Sequence record: SRR22947727_255
Length of the DNA stretch: 58,748 nucleotides
Direction: 5' to 3' (one strand)
Shown: one piece after another, positions 9,020 to 18,954 of the stretch
Numbering within the stretch: the stretch's first letter is position 1
Layout of the letters: every line of letters starts with the position of its first letter
Program-made: the position numbers and the translations under genes
Notes under the pieces: model-generated
Databases searched by the model: none
What the model was told of the DNA's origin: nothing
What the model saw: the letters and a program-made list of their open reading frames with translations, nothing else

Positions 9020-11982
9020 CAACCGGTATATTTTTTCATCTCTGATTTAGTTCTAGCACCTGCAACTCCATCGGGAATAAGCCCAACTTTTCTTTGGAAT
9101 GCCTTTATAGCTTCTTTTGTATAAGAACCCATTTCCCCGTCAATAATACCTGGATTAAATCCATTATTTGATAGATAGGTCTGAATTCCCTCAACGGAAT
9201 TAAGGTTTGCATCTCGATTATCACGAGCAATACAGGTATTAGTTACACATCCTGTATAACTCCTCATAGACGCTTTTGTTTTATTGCCCACAATTCCATC
9301 TGCTAATAATCCATTTATTGTTTGAAAAGCTTTTATAGCTGCCACTGTTTGTGGTCCAGATTGTCCATCAATTGGTCCTGGCTTAAAACCGTTGCTTGTT
9401 AAAAACTTTTGTATTTCGAGTGTATTCCTTAAATCAGCATTTGAGTTATCTTTAGCAACACAATCATCATTTCCTTCATTTGGATTTGATACAGCTGTTT
9501 GAGCTGCTGGATTAACTTCACCTCCAACTGGCTCCCAACCACTTTGGAATGGTGTTTGGTTGTACACATCAGAACTTATTAAAGATTTAGATACAAGTTT
9601 ATTAATCATAAATGAAACTTCACCAATAGACGTTTTTCTACTAGGACAGAACTTATCACCAAGGGAACTACATGCTGGAATAATATCATTAGCTGCCAGA
9701 GTATAAATACTAGACGTCCACTTACTTGCACCTTCATCAGAATATGGATCAGAACTACCTGTAAGACCGGTAGCCGAACCAGCCTTTATAGCTTTAGTTA
9801 ACATACAGGCAAATTCATCTCTAGTTACGGCCTCTTTTGGTAAATATTGAAAAGGGCTTCCAAAACAAACTTGCATACCGTAATATGGCATACCATTTAT
9901 AGCTTGTTGATAAATACTTTGATCATCATCACTATATGCATTTGGAGCATCTAGAGGTATGCCTCCGGTAACTGCAACAACGGCAGCTGCTTCTTCTCTT
10001 GTAATAGTTTTATTTTGGCAAGCGGTGGAGCTCTGAGAACATTTATCGAGTAATCCAGCTTTACTTAAATAGAGAAGACCACTACTTGAGGTAGCATATT
10101 GTGCAGTATCTCCAGATGATGTAACAACACTTCCACCAGTTGAGCTGCTGGATGTAGCAGTTGTATTAACTGTTACTGGGCCAACACTTAGAGTGGAGAC
10201 ATCTGAGGCACTTGAAGTTTTAAAATAATGAGAAGTAAAACCTAATTGAGATTTTATGTTTCTTCCAGATTTTTTTACAGTCCTTGCTGCTCCATTTTTG
10301 TATCCTTTCATTGTGACTTCAGTTGCAGCACCTGAAGTTGCAACACCTGAAACATACATATCTGTAATAGCATCAAAACAGGGAGTATCACCACATAAAA
10401 TATTCTTAGAGAGCTGATAGGTACTGAAATCATATGACCAAGCTGCTTTTGAGTTACCCACTCTATTATCGATTGACCAAGGATCATCTACAGTTTGAAG
10501 ATATGGCCATACTGTTGAAGATCCAAATCCTACTGCATTGTCATTAGTTTTACCTCCTGTGGAGGATGAGTAAAAAGCCTGAATCACTCCGCTTCTTGTA
10601 TATCCACCACCATAGGTAATGACTTTTCCGGATGTATTATTTACAGCTTGAACCCAATTTGGACCTGCAATCTCTTTTAGGTAACCATAGTAATATTGAC
10701 TCGATGCAGTAGAACCAATATGACACCAACAGTACGCTTTTTGTTTCTCAGATAATCCAGCATCGTAAGCGGTTTGTTGACTTGGGATATTCTCATCTAA
10801 GTAATGAAACACTGCATAACTTCGGCCAACTAATGCCTGAGCTTCCAGTGCTTTTACATTCCAATGAGACGGCATTTCAGCCAGTCCATATAAATATTTT
10901 TCTAAATTTACCGCAAGAACGACATGAAAACCTGTTGAAACTGATTTAGATCTAAGTTTTAACTCACCATGCTTATGCTCCCTAGGTCCAACTCGTATTC
11001 TTCCACCTTCAGACCATTTAATCGTTATATTGCAACTAGCAGTTTGTTTGGAAACCAATGGATGGCCGGAAAAATAACAACCATTACCAGAGTTAATGAC
11101 TGAGATAGTTGCGCCGCCACCAATTTTTATAGGTCCCCAAACAGATTCACAAGGACCATCACTGGCAGCATCACCTTTAATAGCTGCTATGGTTCCATCG
11201 TCTATTGCACCCGATTGGTTTATACCCTTAGAAGCTTGATAGTTTCTAAGGGCATTTGCAGTTTTATCACCATAAGCACCGTCTACGGGTCCTGGCTCGT
11301 AGCCTCTAGAGGCTAAGAATCCCTGTATACCTGCAGTTTGAGAAAGACCTTCTTGACATATGAATAATGTTGGAGGACTTGAAGATGGCAGAGTAGTTAG
11401 AGAAATATTTTTTGCATTCCTTGCTAAACCAACCCAAAGTGCTGACTTATCAGTTGCAATTTCTGGAGAGGATAATGAAAGTTCAGAAAGTTGTTTGTCT
11501 ACAGTGTCTTTAAAGTAGTAGTTAACTACCTCATCTGAAGTACACGAGCTTGTGTTAGCACAAAACGATGCTCCAAGTTCTGTTAGACCTTTGGCACCAT
11601 ACTGACTTAACCCAACTCCGTGACCCCAACCACTTCCTGTAAATGTAAATGACTCTTCGGAGTAGGAGCGCATTGCTTGTTTCGTCGCAGGACCAACAAC
11701 ACCATCAGGAGCTAATCCTGATGCAGCTTGAAATGTTTTGATAGCAGAGGTTGTTCTATTTCCAAAATCTCCATCAATTGGTCCAGGATTAAAGCCGTTA
11801 CAGTTTAAATAAGTTTGTATGTCTTTGATTGAGTCCAATGGCGCAACTGCATTCGAAGCACAGCTGAAAGAGTGGTTTGGAATGGGTAGGATTTGGGCTG
11901 AGGCAGTATTTTGCCCCATGAGGAAACATATGAAAGCCAGTACTCCAATTAAAGATATTTTTTTGAATATGCCCTGAATCAT
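9016..11982 (-). CDS. Secreted SpoIID/LytB-family lytic transglycosylase with four peptidoglycan-binding repeats and SLH-like repeats
   Basis: Signal peptide; GWGHGVGLSQYGA; LEKYLYGLAEMP...ALEAQAL; four copies of IQxxLxxxGxxPGxxDG...T..A...Q; TREEAA/TRDEFA SLH-like segments. Confidence 0.85.
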   Translation of the reverse strand: MIQGIFKKISLIGVLAFICFLMGQNTASAQILPIPNHSFSCASNAVAPLDSIKDIQTYLNCNGFNPGPIDGDFGNRTTSAIKTFQAASGLAPDGVVGPATKQAMRSYSEESFTFTGSGWGHGVGLSQYGAKGLTELGASFCANTSSCTSDEVVNYYFKDTVDKQLSELSLSSPEIATDKSALWVGLARNAKNISLTTLPSSSPPTLFICQEGLSQTAGIQGFLASRGYEPGPVDGAYGDKTANALRNYQASKGINQSGAIDDGTIAAIKGDAASDGPCESVWGPIKIGGGATISVINSGNGCYFSGHPLVSKQTASCNITIKWSEGGRIRVGPREHKHGELKLRSKSVSTGFHVVLAVNLEKYLYGLAEMPSHWNVKALEAQALVGRSYAVFHYLDENIPSQQTAYDAGLSEKQKAYCWCHIGSTASSQYYYGYLKEIAGPNWVQAVNNTSGKVITYGGGYTRSGVIQAFYSSSTGGKTNDNAVGFGSSTVWPYLQTVDDPWSIDNRVGNSKAAWSYDFSTYQLSKNILCGDTPCFDAITDMYVSGVATSGAATEVTMKGYKNGAARTVKKSGRNIKSQLGFTSHYFKTSSASDVSTLSVGPVTVNTTATSSSSTGGSVVTSSGDTAQYATSSSGLLYLSKAGLLDKCSQSSTACQNKTITREEAAAVVAVTGGIPLDAPNAYSDDDQSIYQQAINGMPYYGMQVCFGSPFQYLPKEAVTRDEFACMLTKAIKAGSATGLTGSSDPYSDEGASKWTSSIYTLAANDIIPACSSLGDKFCPSRKTSIGEVSFMINKLVSKSLISSDVYNQTPFQSGWEPVGGEVNPAAQTAVSNPNEGNDDCVAKDNSNADLRNTLEIQKFLTSNGFKPGPIDGQSGPQTVAAIKAFQTINGLLADGIVGNKTKASMRSYTGCVTNTCIARDNRDANLNSVEGIQTYLSNNGFNPGIIDGEMGSYTKEAIKAFQRKVGLIPDGVAGARTKSEMKKYTGC

Positions 11983-12019
11983 GATTCTATTTTAGATAAC
12001 CTCAGAGCAATTGTGTCAC

Positions 12020-12358
12020 TTAGAGCGAACTTTTCCATTTTTTATACATATACTTTCCGAGAACCAATGAGAAATAAATCATAAATACTATATATGTAAC
12101 AGGAAATAATTCTCCTTGCCTACTTGCAAAAACTTGTGGAGATAGAAGAAAAATGCTTAAAAACATAAGGATGGAAAGGTACTTATATGACGAATAAGCC
12201 TTTAGAGAAAAGAATGATAATGAGGTGAAAATCAGAAGTGAAATTACAAGATTTTTACTTAATATCGTATCTAATTTACTCCATCCAGTTACTAAGAGTA
12301 TTCCAAGACCTAAAAGTAAAGATATAAATATGTCTATTTTATTTTTTTCATTAGCCAT
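12020..12358 (-). CDS. Small hypothetical membrane protein (about 4 TM)
   Basis: Hydrophobic ORF. Start moved to MANEKN (12358) so it no longer overlaps the divergent gene. Confidence 0.65.
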   Translation of the reverse strand: MANEKNKIDIFISLLLGLGILLVTGWSKLDTILSKNLVISLLIFTSLSFFSLKAYSSYKYLSILMFLSIFLLSPQVFASRQGELFPVTYIVFMIYFSLVLGKYMYKKWKSSL

Positions 12359-12381
12359 ACATACATTATTGTAAAAGGAGT

Positions 12382-13023
12382 ATGAATTTGAGCACATTTA
12401 TCTATCTTGTTTTAATATTGAGTATTCCTTATTTTTGGTACATCAGATACTCAACTAACCCTAAAAAAGGCTTCAGCATGCTATTCATCGGGGTAATTTC
12501 TTTAATTTTATTTATAAATTTTAATCTATTTGTAATAGCTGGCTGTGCAGTTCTTGGATCAGTTTTACTCCACAAGAACAATAATTTAAGTCACTTCTCT
12601 TTTTTTACTAGCTTTATAGTTTTATTCACCAGTGCATTTAATACAGGTGCAGAAAACTTAATTTGGACTATTTTACCCATAACACTTGTCAGTGGCATCT
12701 TTTCACTGATGATGATTGGTCACTGGTTTTTAGTTGACCCAACAATTACTAGAATCGGTATGAAAAATATTGCTAGATCATCAATATTCATTGCAGCTGT
12801 TCTTTGCTTATTGCTTTTAACGGGATTTGCTTCAGAAGAATTATCAATTTTTTATAGAAATATTATTCTGGGTTTATACGTATCTTCGGGAATACTTTCA
12901 TTAGGTTCATTAAAATCATTAAATGAGAAATCATACACTGGAGTTATGGCTGCTACAGGTCTAAGTTATCTTTCACTTCTTGTCTCACTTGGTGGCACAG
13001 GAACCCTTATACTTTTGCCTTGA
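12382..13023 (+). CDS. Hypothetical polytopic membrane protein (GHWFLVDP and AATGLSY motifs)
   Basis: AAGGAG SD; several hydrophobic helices. Confidence 0.75.
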   Translation: MNLSTFIYLVLILSIPYFWYIRYSTNPKKGFSMLFIGVISLILFINFNLFVIAGCAVLGSVLLHKNNNLSHFSFFTSFIVLFTSAFNTGAENLIWTILPITLVSGIFSLMMIGHWFLVDPTITRIGMKNIARSSIFIAAVLCLLLLTGFASEELSIFYRNIILGLYVSSGILSLGSLKSLNEKSYTGVMAATGLSYLSLLVSLGGTGTLILLP

Positions 13024-13038
13024 CACTATGCTAATAAT

Positions 13039-13581
13039 ATGAAAATCTATACAAAAAATGGTGATAAAGGAAAAACAAGACTTCTTTATGGAGATTCTGT
13101 ATCTAAGGACAATTTAGCACCAGAAGCTTATGGCTCTGTAGATGAACTTGTTGCTTCACTTGGGATTATAAGAGCTGAAGACGGACTTCCTTCTGAGGTT
13201 AAAGAAATTATATTACAAATACAAAGAGAGCTATTCATTGTCGGAGCTGAACTAGCAACAACCAAAGAAAATAGAAATAAACTTGAAACTGGTAAAACAT
13301 TAGTTGAAGAAAAAATGATAACAAATCTTGAGGAAATGATTGACCAACTTGAAGATAAGAATGGTATTCCTGACTTTTTTGTAGTGCCCGGAGAGAATGC
13401 AATCTCTTCTAAAATTGACTGGTCTAGGGTTGTTTCAAGAAGGGCGGAGAGAAAATGTGTAACTTGGCAAAATGCATTTGAAATAGAAGACTCTATAGTA
13501 GTAAAGTACCTCAACAGGCTTTCAGATTATCTATGGATGCTTGCGAGAGATTTTGAAAAAGATTGGACACCGAGTAATTAA
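13039..13581 (+). CDS. ATP:cob(I)alamin adenosyltransferase, PduO type
   Basis: IYTKNGDKGKT, YGSVDEL, RRAER, YLNRLSDYL. Confidence 0.93.
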   Translation: MKIYTKNGDKGKTRLLYGDSVSKDNLAPEAYGSVDELVASLGIIRAEDGLPSEVKEIILQIQRELFIVGAELATTKENRNKLETGKTLVEEKMITNLEEMIDQLEDKNGIPDFFVVPGENAISSKIDWSRVVSRRAERKCVTWQNAFEIEDSIVVKYLNRLSDYLWMLARDFEKDWTPSN

Positions 13582-14937
13582 ATGAAAATGGATATATTAT
13601 TTTTTAGTAAAAAGTTTGAGAACAAAGATGAATTCATAGTCGATTCAAAAACATTCAGTGAGTACATAACAACTCACGGCTTTGAAGGAAAACCAAAAGA
13701 AGTCCTTTTGATGCCTCCATCTTTGTCTTCAAGAGGAAATGAAACAGTTCTTGTCTCTTCTGAGGATATTGAAAGTATGGATCTCGTAGAGTTAGGTTAT
13801 TTAATTGGAAAAAGAATACAAAGTAGTGCAACAATCGAAATCATTAATTTTGAGGGAAACAAAGAACTTTTAATTCAAGGGATAATGTTTTCAGAGTACA
13901 ACTTTGACTCCTACAAAACAAAAAAAACAAAAGAAAGTATCCAGCTCAATTTCTCTGAAGACTTAGATATTCAAAGTAATGAATTAAAAAAAGAAGCTGT
14001 ATTTTGGGTTAGGGATATGATCAACACACCACCTCTTGACAAAACTCCTGAATTTTTTATGGAAAATATAAAAAATTTAAATACCGAGATAAATCTCGAC
14101 ATTCATGACGAAGAATGGCTTGAAGAAAATAATTTTGGAGCTGTTCTCGGAGTTGCTAAGGGATCTGAAAGAAAACCTTACTTTTTAGTGGGCGAATACA
14201 ACAAAGAGGCAGATTTTCAAATTGCACTAATCGGGAAAGGTGTAATGTTTGACTCAGGCGGGCTTTCATTAAAATCTCCAGCTGGAATGGAGACAATGAA
14301 AACTGATATGGCAGGAGCAGCAACTGCTTGGGGAGTAATGAGTTTAGTTTCAAAACATAAAATAAATGTAGGCTTAACAGTCCTCACTCCAGTTGTAGAG
14401 AATATGCCCAGCGGTAGTGCCATTAGACCAGGGGATGTTTTAACTGCAAGAAATGGTAAAACAATTGAAGTATTAAATACTGATGCAGAAGGAAGATTAA
14501 TTATGGCTGACGCTCTTGCATATGCCTCTGAAAAAAAACCAGATTTAATTTGTGATGTAGCAACCTTAACTGGTGCATCTTATGTAGCGTTAGGATTAGA
14601 TATTGGAGCTATTTTTTCAAATAATAAAGATATAGAAAATATTTTTATCAAGTCTACAGAAACATCCGGAGAAGAATTTTATCCTCTGCCCCTGCATGAA
14701 GGATATAAAAAATTAATAGAATCTGATATTGCAGACATGAAAAATACTGGTGGACGCTTTGGAGGAGCAATAACGGCAGCACTTCTTCTTGAAAATTTTG
14801 TAGAAGACTTAGATTGGGTTCACCTTGATATAGCTGGACCAGCTAGAGCAAGCAATAGAAAAGGTGCAACAGGGTTTTCAGTATTGACTTTATTCGAATT
14901 CTTTAAAGAATTAGCTAAGACTCATTCTGAGAGTTAG
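13582..14937 (+). CDS. pepA: Leucyl aminopeptidase (M17)
   Basis: GKGVMFDSGG, MKTDMAGAA, NTDAEGRL, HLDIAG. Confidence 0.95.
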   Translation: MKMDILFFSKKFENKDEFIVDSKTFSEYITTHGFEGKPKEVLLMPPSLSSRGNETVLVSSEDIESMDLVELGYLIGKRIQSSATIEIINFEGNKELLIQGIMFSEYNFDSYKTKKTKESIQLNFSEDLDIQSNELKKEAVFWVRDMINTPPLDKTPEFFMENIKNLNTEINLDIHDEEWLEENNFGAVLGVAKGSERKPYFLVGEYNKEADFQIALIGKGVMFDSGGLSLKSPAGMETMKTDMAGAATAWGVMSLVSKHKINVGLTVLTPVVENMPSGSAIRPGDVLTARNGKTIEVLNTDAEGRLIMADALAYASEKKPDLICDVATLTGASYVALGLDIGAIFSNNKDIENIFIKSTETSGEEFYPLPLHEGYKKLIESDIADMKNTGGRFGGAITAALLLENFVEDLDWVHLDIAGPARASNRKGATGFSVLTLFEFFKELAKTHSES

Positions 14938-17824
14938 CAACAATAAAAATTAGGCTATCTCCTGTAGAAACTGTTCCACCTTGTGCTACATTTGTTCCAA
15001 TAACCTTGCCCTGACAATCTGGTATCTCAGATTCTTCAAATGAATTTTTCAAGAACAAGATAACACTTGTTTCTCTCATAAAGTCTTTGATTAAAACTTC
15101 TGCTTCATCTTTCGTATAGGTACAAGGAGGTATATTCGGAATCGCAGCTGTAAATTTTGTACCAGAAACTTCAAGTACAACTTCTGTCCCCTCAGGCATC
15201 TCTTCTCCACTTTCAATACTCTGGGTAAGAACTAATCCCGGGGCCTCTTCAGAATCAATAAGCTTTATTGTTGGTAATATATATCCAGAAAATGCAATTT
15301 CTTCAGCATCGATGATATTAAGTCCTAGTAACTGAGGTATTTCAATTGTTGGAATTTCATAATATTTATCAATATCACTTGGATCAGCTGGCCACTCTTC
15401 AATTGGTAAATCCTCAACAACTTTCTCCATAAATTCTTTCCAAATAGGTGCTGGTACTCGTCCACCAGAAACACTTGATACAACTTCCCCATTAATCTCA
15501 ACATTTGTAAGGGGGAGCTGTTCTTCTGCAAAGCCAATCCATACAGAGGAGGTATATTGAGGAATAAATCCAATAAACCATGCTTCTCTAAATCCTTGAT
15601 GAGTCCCAGTTTTACCAGCAATAGGTCTGTCATCAAGTACGGCTCTAGTTCCCGTACCGTACTGAGCTGCTACTTCAAGAGTTTTTCTTACTGCTGCTGC
15701 TGCTCCAGGGTCAGGAATCGTTACTCTTTGGGATGAGATGTGTTGATAAAGTATCTGACCATTAGAGTCAGTTATTTTATCAATTAAGTACGTAGGTGCT
15801 AAGTATCCATTATTTGCGAAGGAAGAATATGCTGAAGCCAGTTCAATTGGAGTTACAGCTCCAGCACCAAGAGTTAACGAGATTACAGGATCTAATTCTG
15901 ACTCTATGCCAATTCTGTTGGCCGTACTGGACAGTTTTTCTCCACCAAGCTCTGAGGCAAGTTGTGCAAACACTGTATTCACAGATTTTCTAGTTGCTTC
16001 TTCCAGTGAAACCATTCCTGAGGTGTCTAGGAGTTTAATAGATCTATTGTATTCTGATTTATCTACACATGGTTTGAAGATAAATTGAGTTTCACTTTCA
16101 AGGTTAATTTGAATTAAATTAGCTTGTTCTTCAATCAAGACAGGATCGCTAACTGAGACTAAGGTTCGTCCTTCATCATCTTCTGTGATCACATTTTCAT
16201 CTTCGGTATAGATTACAATACCTCCATCTTCTGAATATTGACCTAGTGCAATGCCTATTGCTAATAATTTATCGACCTCTTCTTCAAGTTCAGCTATCTC
16301 TGACGAAATAGGAAACTGATCAATAAAATCTTTGTTTTTTATCTCTTCCGCATGAAAACCTACACATTGAAGTTCAATGGCTCTGTCCTGTGCAGGAAGT
16401 TTATTTATAAACCTGTCAGCTTTAATTGACGTGCCATAATTTCTTACAACCCATTTAGTACCAATACCATCAGGAGCACATGGATATCCACAATCAATTT
16501 CAACAGGGCTTCTTGAGTCTCTTGTACTGTATAGCTTTGCTCCAGACTCCAATGCTGCAAGCAAGGTAATTGGTTTAAATGCTGAACCAGGATTTCTCTT
16601 TCCTTGTGTAGCAAGATTATACTGTTCTTCTTCGAAAGGTAGACCAGAAGCCATAACCTCAATGGCTCCAGTTTTATTATTGATTAATGTAATTACTCCC
16701 GTCGGCTTAGGTTCTGATTCTTCTAGAATTACATCAGCTTCAGTATCTATAATTTCTGATGGAACCCATTTATTCAAAACCTCGTTAGCGTGATTTTGTA
16801 ATTCTAAATTAACTGTTATATTTATAGTCAAACCACCACCACCAGTACACGAAGTATCATCTGATGGACATCCAAAAAGAGCTTTTTTCCTTTCTTCTTT
16901 TGTAGATCCAAGAACTGCAAATTTTGGTTCATTAAGTAATCTTCTTTTTACCTCAGCAGAAACGTGTTCAGCTTTATTTGAAAGTGTATTTGGCTCTGCA
17001 ATTGTAAGCGGGGCCAACCTTGCAGACCTGTGCTGAATATCTACAATAAATCCTTCTTTAAGCATGACATCTAAAACATCGTTTCTTCTTTCCAGTACTC
17101 TTTCTGGATATTTTCTAGGGTTGTAATATGCTGGACTTCTTATGATGACCACTAGTGTTGCTGCCTCATCTAAAGTAATATCACCAACATCTTTGTTGAA
17201 ATATTCAAACGAAGCTGATTGGAGGCCATAAGCTCCAGAACCCCAATATATGGAGTTAATATAATATTCTAAAATTTGATCTTTTGAATATCTTCTTTCT
17301 AATTCAGCTGCTACTACGGCCTCTGCAACCTTTCTTCTTATGGAGATTTCATCACCTACAAAAGATTGTTTAGCGACTTGAGATGTAATAGTTGAGCCAC
17401 CCCTAGTAACTCCTCTTAAGTTATCAACTACAGCACTTAATATCGCTACAAAATCTACACCTTCATGTTGATAATAATTACTATCTTCTGCAGCAAGGAG
17501 TGTGTTGATAACAAAAGGAGGGACATCTGATAATTTGATCGGATCCCTATTAAGACCATCATGAAGTTCGTCTAATATCTGATTATCTGAAGTAACTATT
17601 ATCGAAGGTTCAGATAATGATACAAAATCTAAAACCATACCCTCAGCCCTTGGTAAGAATTTTTCTTCCAAACTGGTTACTACTTCCATTGCAGATTTTA
17701 TAGGTAAAAATGTGAAAAAAGCAAACCACCCTGAAAGCAATAGAGCACTAACTAAAAGACCAAATCCAGCTATATATCTAATTCCATACCTGGATTTATT
17801 TTCTAAATTATGGATTTGTGCCAT
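14915..17824 (-). CDS. Class A penicillin-binding protein (transglycosylase/transpeptidase) with C-terminal PASTA-like domains
   Basis: EDSNYYQHEGVD, GGSTITSQVAK and RKVAE in the TG domain; SAFK, SVN and KTGT in the TP domain; N-terminal TM. Confidence 0.93.
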   Translation of the reverse strand: MAQIHNLENKSRYGIRYIAGFGLLVSALLLSGWFAFFTFLPIKSAMEVVTSLEEKFLPRAEGMVLDFVSLSEPSIIVTSDNQILDELHDGLNRDPIKLSDVPPFVINTLLAAEDSNYYQHEGVDFVAILSAVVDNLRGVTRGGSTITSQVAKQSFVGDEISIRRKVAEAVVAAELERRYSKDQILEYYINSIYWGSGAYGLQSASFEYFNKDVGDITLDEAATLVVIIRSPAYYNPRKYPERVLERRNDVLDVMLKEGFIVDIQHRSARLAPLTIAEPNTLSNKAEHVSAEVKRRLLNEPKFAVLGSTKEERKKALFGCPSDDTSCTGGGGLTINITVNLELQNHANEVLNKWVPSEIIDTEADVILEESEPKPTGVITLINNKTGAIEVMASGLPFEEEQYNLATQGKRNPGSAFKPITLLAALESGAKLYSTRDSRSPVEIDCGYPCAPDGIGTKWVVRNYGTSIKADRFINKLPAQDRAIELQCVGFHAEEIKNKDFIDQFPISSEIAELEEEVDKLLAIGIALGQYSEDGGIVIYTEDENVITEDDEGRTLVSVSDPVLIEEQANLIQINLESETQFIFKPCVDKSEYNRSIKLLDTSGMVSLEEATRKSVNTVFAQLASELGGEKLSSTANRIGIESELDPVISLTLGAGAVTPIELASAYSSFANNGYLAPTYLIDKITDSNGQILYQHISSQRVTIPDPGAAAAVRKTLEVAAQYGTGTRAVLDDRPIAGKTGTHQGFREAWFIGFIPQYTSSVWIGFAEEQLPLTNVEINGEVVSSVSGGRVPAPIWKEFMEKVVEDLPIEEWPADPSDIDKYYEIPTIEIPQLLGLNIIDAEEIAFSGYILPTIKLIDSEEAPGLVLTQSIESGEEMPEGTEVVLEVSGTKFTAAIPNIPPCTYTKDEAEVLIKDFMRETSVILFLKNSFEESEIPDCQGKVIGTNVAQGGTVSTGDSLIFIVANSQNES

Positions 17825-17900
17825 TGTCTAATTCTAGTGTCTATAAAAATCAATTTAACGTTAGGAGTAGTAATAGGAATACATGTAATATAGATTAACA

Positions 17901-18947
17901 ATGGATTATTCACCAGGACTTAGAGGCATAATAGCTGGAGAAACTGAAATCTCCACAGTAGGAATGGAAGGAACCTCACTTCGATACAGAGGCTACGATG
18001 CAGTAGGTCTTACCAGCACGAATACTTATGAGGATGTTGCATCATTAATCATCGATGATGACCTGGATGGAGAATTATTTAAAAAGTCATTTTCCAACCA
18101 CTACAAAAAACTCTCAGTGGACTCAAAACTAATTGAACTAATTAATAGGTTAAAGACAGAACAGCATCCTATGGATGTAATAAGAACAGCTATTTCATAT
18201 ATTGGTGAAGCTGATGAGAGTAACAAGTTAGATGCTGCGAGTAAGGTTACTGCAATAGCTTGTTTAGCGATTGCTTCATATAACAAAGAATCATCAGAGA
18301 TGTTAGACCAAAAATACACAGTAGCAAGTTCACTTCTACCAAATAGCTCTACAGAACAACAACTTGAAGCATTGGATGATATGTTAATTCTTTATGCTGA
18401 ACACGGCTTTAATGCTTCTACTTTTGCTGCTCGTGTCACTGCTTCAACAAGATCAGATTTAATAAGTGCAATTGTTTCAGGAGTAGGAACTCTGAAAGGA
18501 GAGCTACATGGTGGAGCAAATGAGGCAGCCGTAGAATTAATAAACAGTTTCAATACTCCAGAGGATGCAAAAAATGGCGTTTACCAGCTACTTGAAGATA
18601 AAAAGAAAATAATGGGTTTTGGTCACGGCGTTTATAAAATCCAAGATCCAAGAAGTCCGGTTGTAAAAAACTGGGTTGAAGTTCTGTCAACTTCAGACGA
18701 ATCTATTAACAAATATGAAATAGCCAAAACTATAGACTTAATTATGGATTCTGAGAAAAAATTATTTCCAAATGTAGATTTTTATGGAGGATTGCTACTC
18801 TCTGAATTAGGGTTTGCTGTTGATGTATTCACACCAATTTTTGTTGCTGGTCGTTCTGTTGGATGGTCAGCTCACTATTTTGAACAAAGAAATCAAGACA
18901 CTCTAATTAGACCGGCCGCAAAATATACAGGAATTCAAGAAAGATAA
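17901..18947 (+). CDS. prpC: 2-methylcitrate synthase / citrate synthase
   Basis: EHGFNASTF, LHGGANE, MGFGHGVY, PNVDFY; adjacent to prpD. Confidence 0.85.
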   Translation: MDYSPGLRGIIAGETEISTVGMEGTSLRYRGYDAVGLTSTNTYEDVASLIIDDDLDGELFKKSFSNHYKKLSVDSKLIELINRLKTEQHPMDVIRTAISYIGEADESNKLDAASKVTAIACLAIASYNKESSEMLDQKYTVASSLLPNSSTEQQLEALDDMLILYAEHGFNASTFAARVTASTRSDLISAIVSGVGTLKGELHGGANEAAVELINSFNTPEDAKNGVYQLLEDKKKIMGFGHGVYKIQDPRSPVVKNWVEVLSTSDESINKYEIAKTIDLIMDSEKKLFPNVDFYGGLLLSELGFAVDVFTPIFVAGRSVGWSAHYFEQRNQDTLIRPAAKYTGIQER

Positions 18948-18954
18948 TCACAAC

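Noticed and set aside
16022-16429. Intein in PBP1A
   Set aside because: There is no C-terminal His-Asn followed by Cys/Ser/Thr, no TxxH block B and no LAGLIDADG motif, and the host domain is extracytoplasmic.
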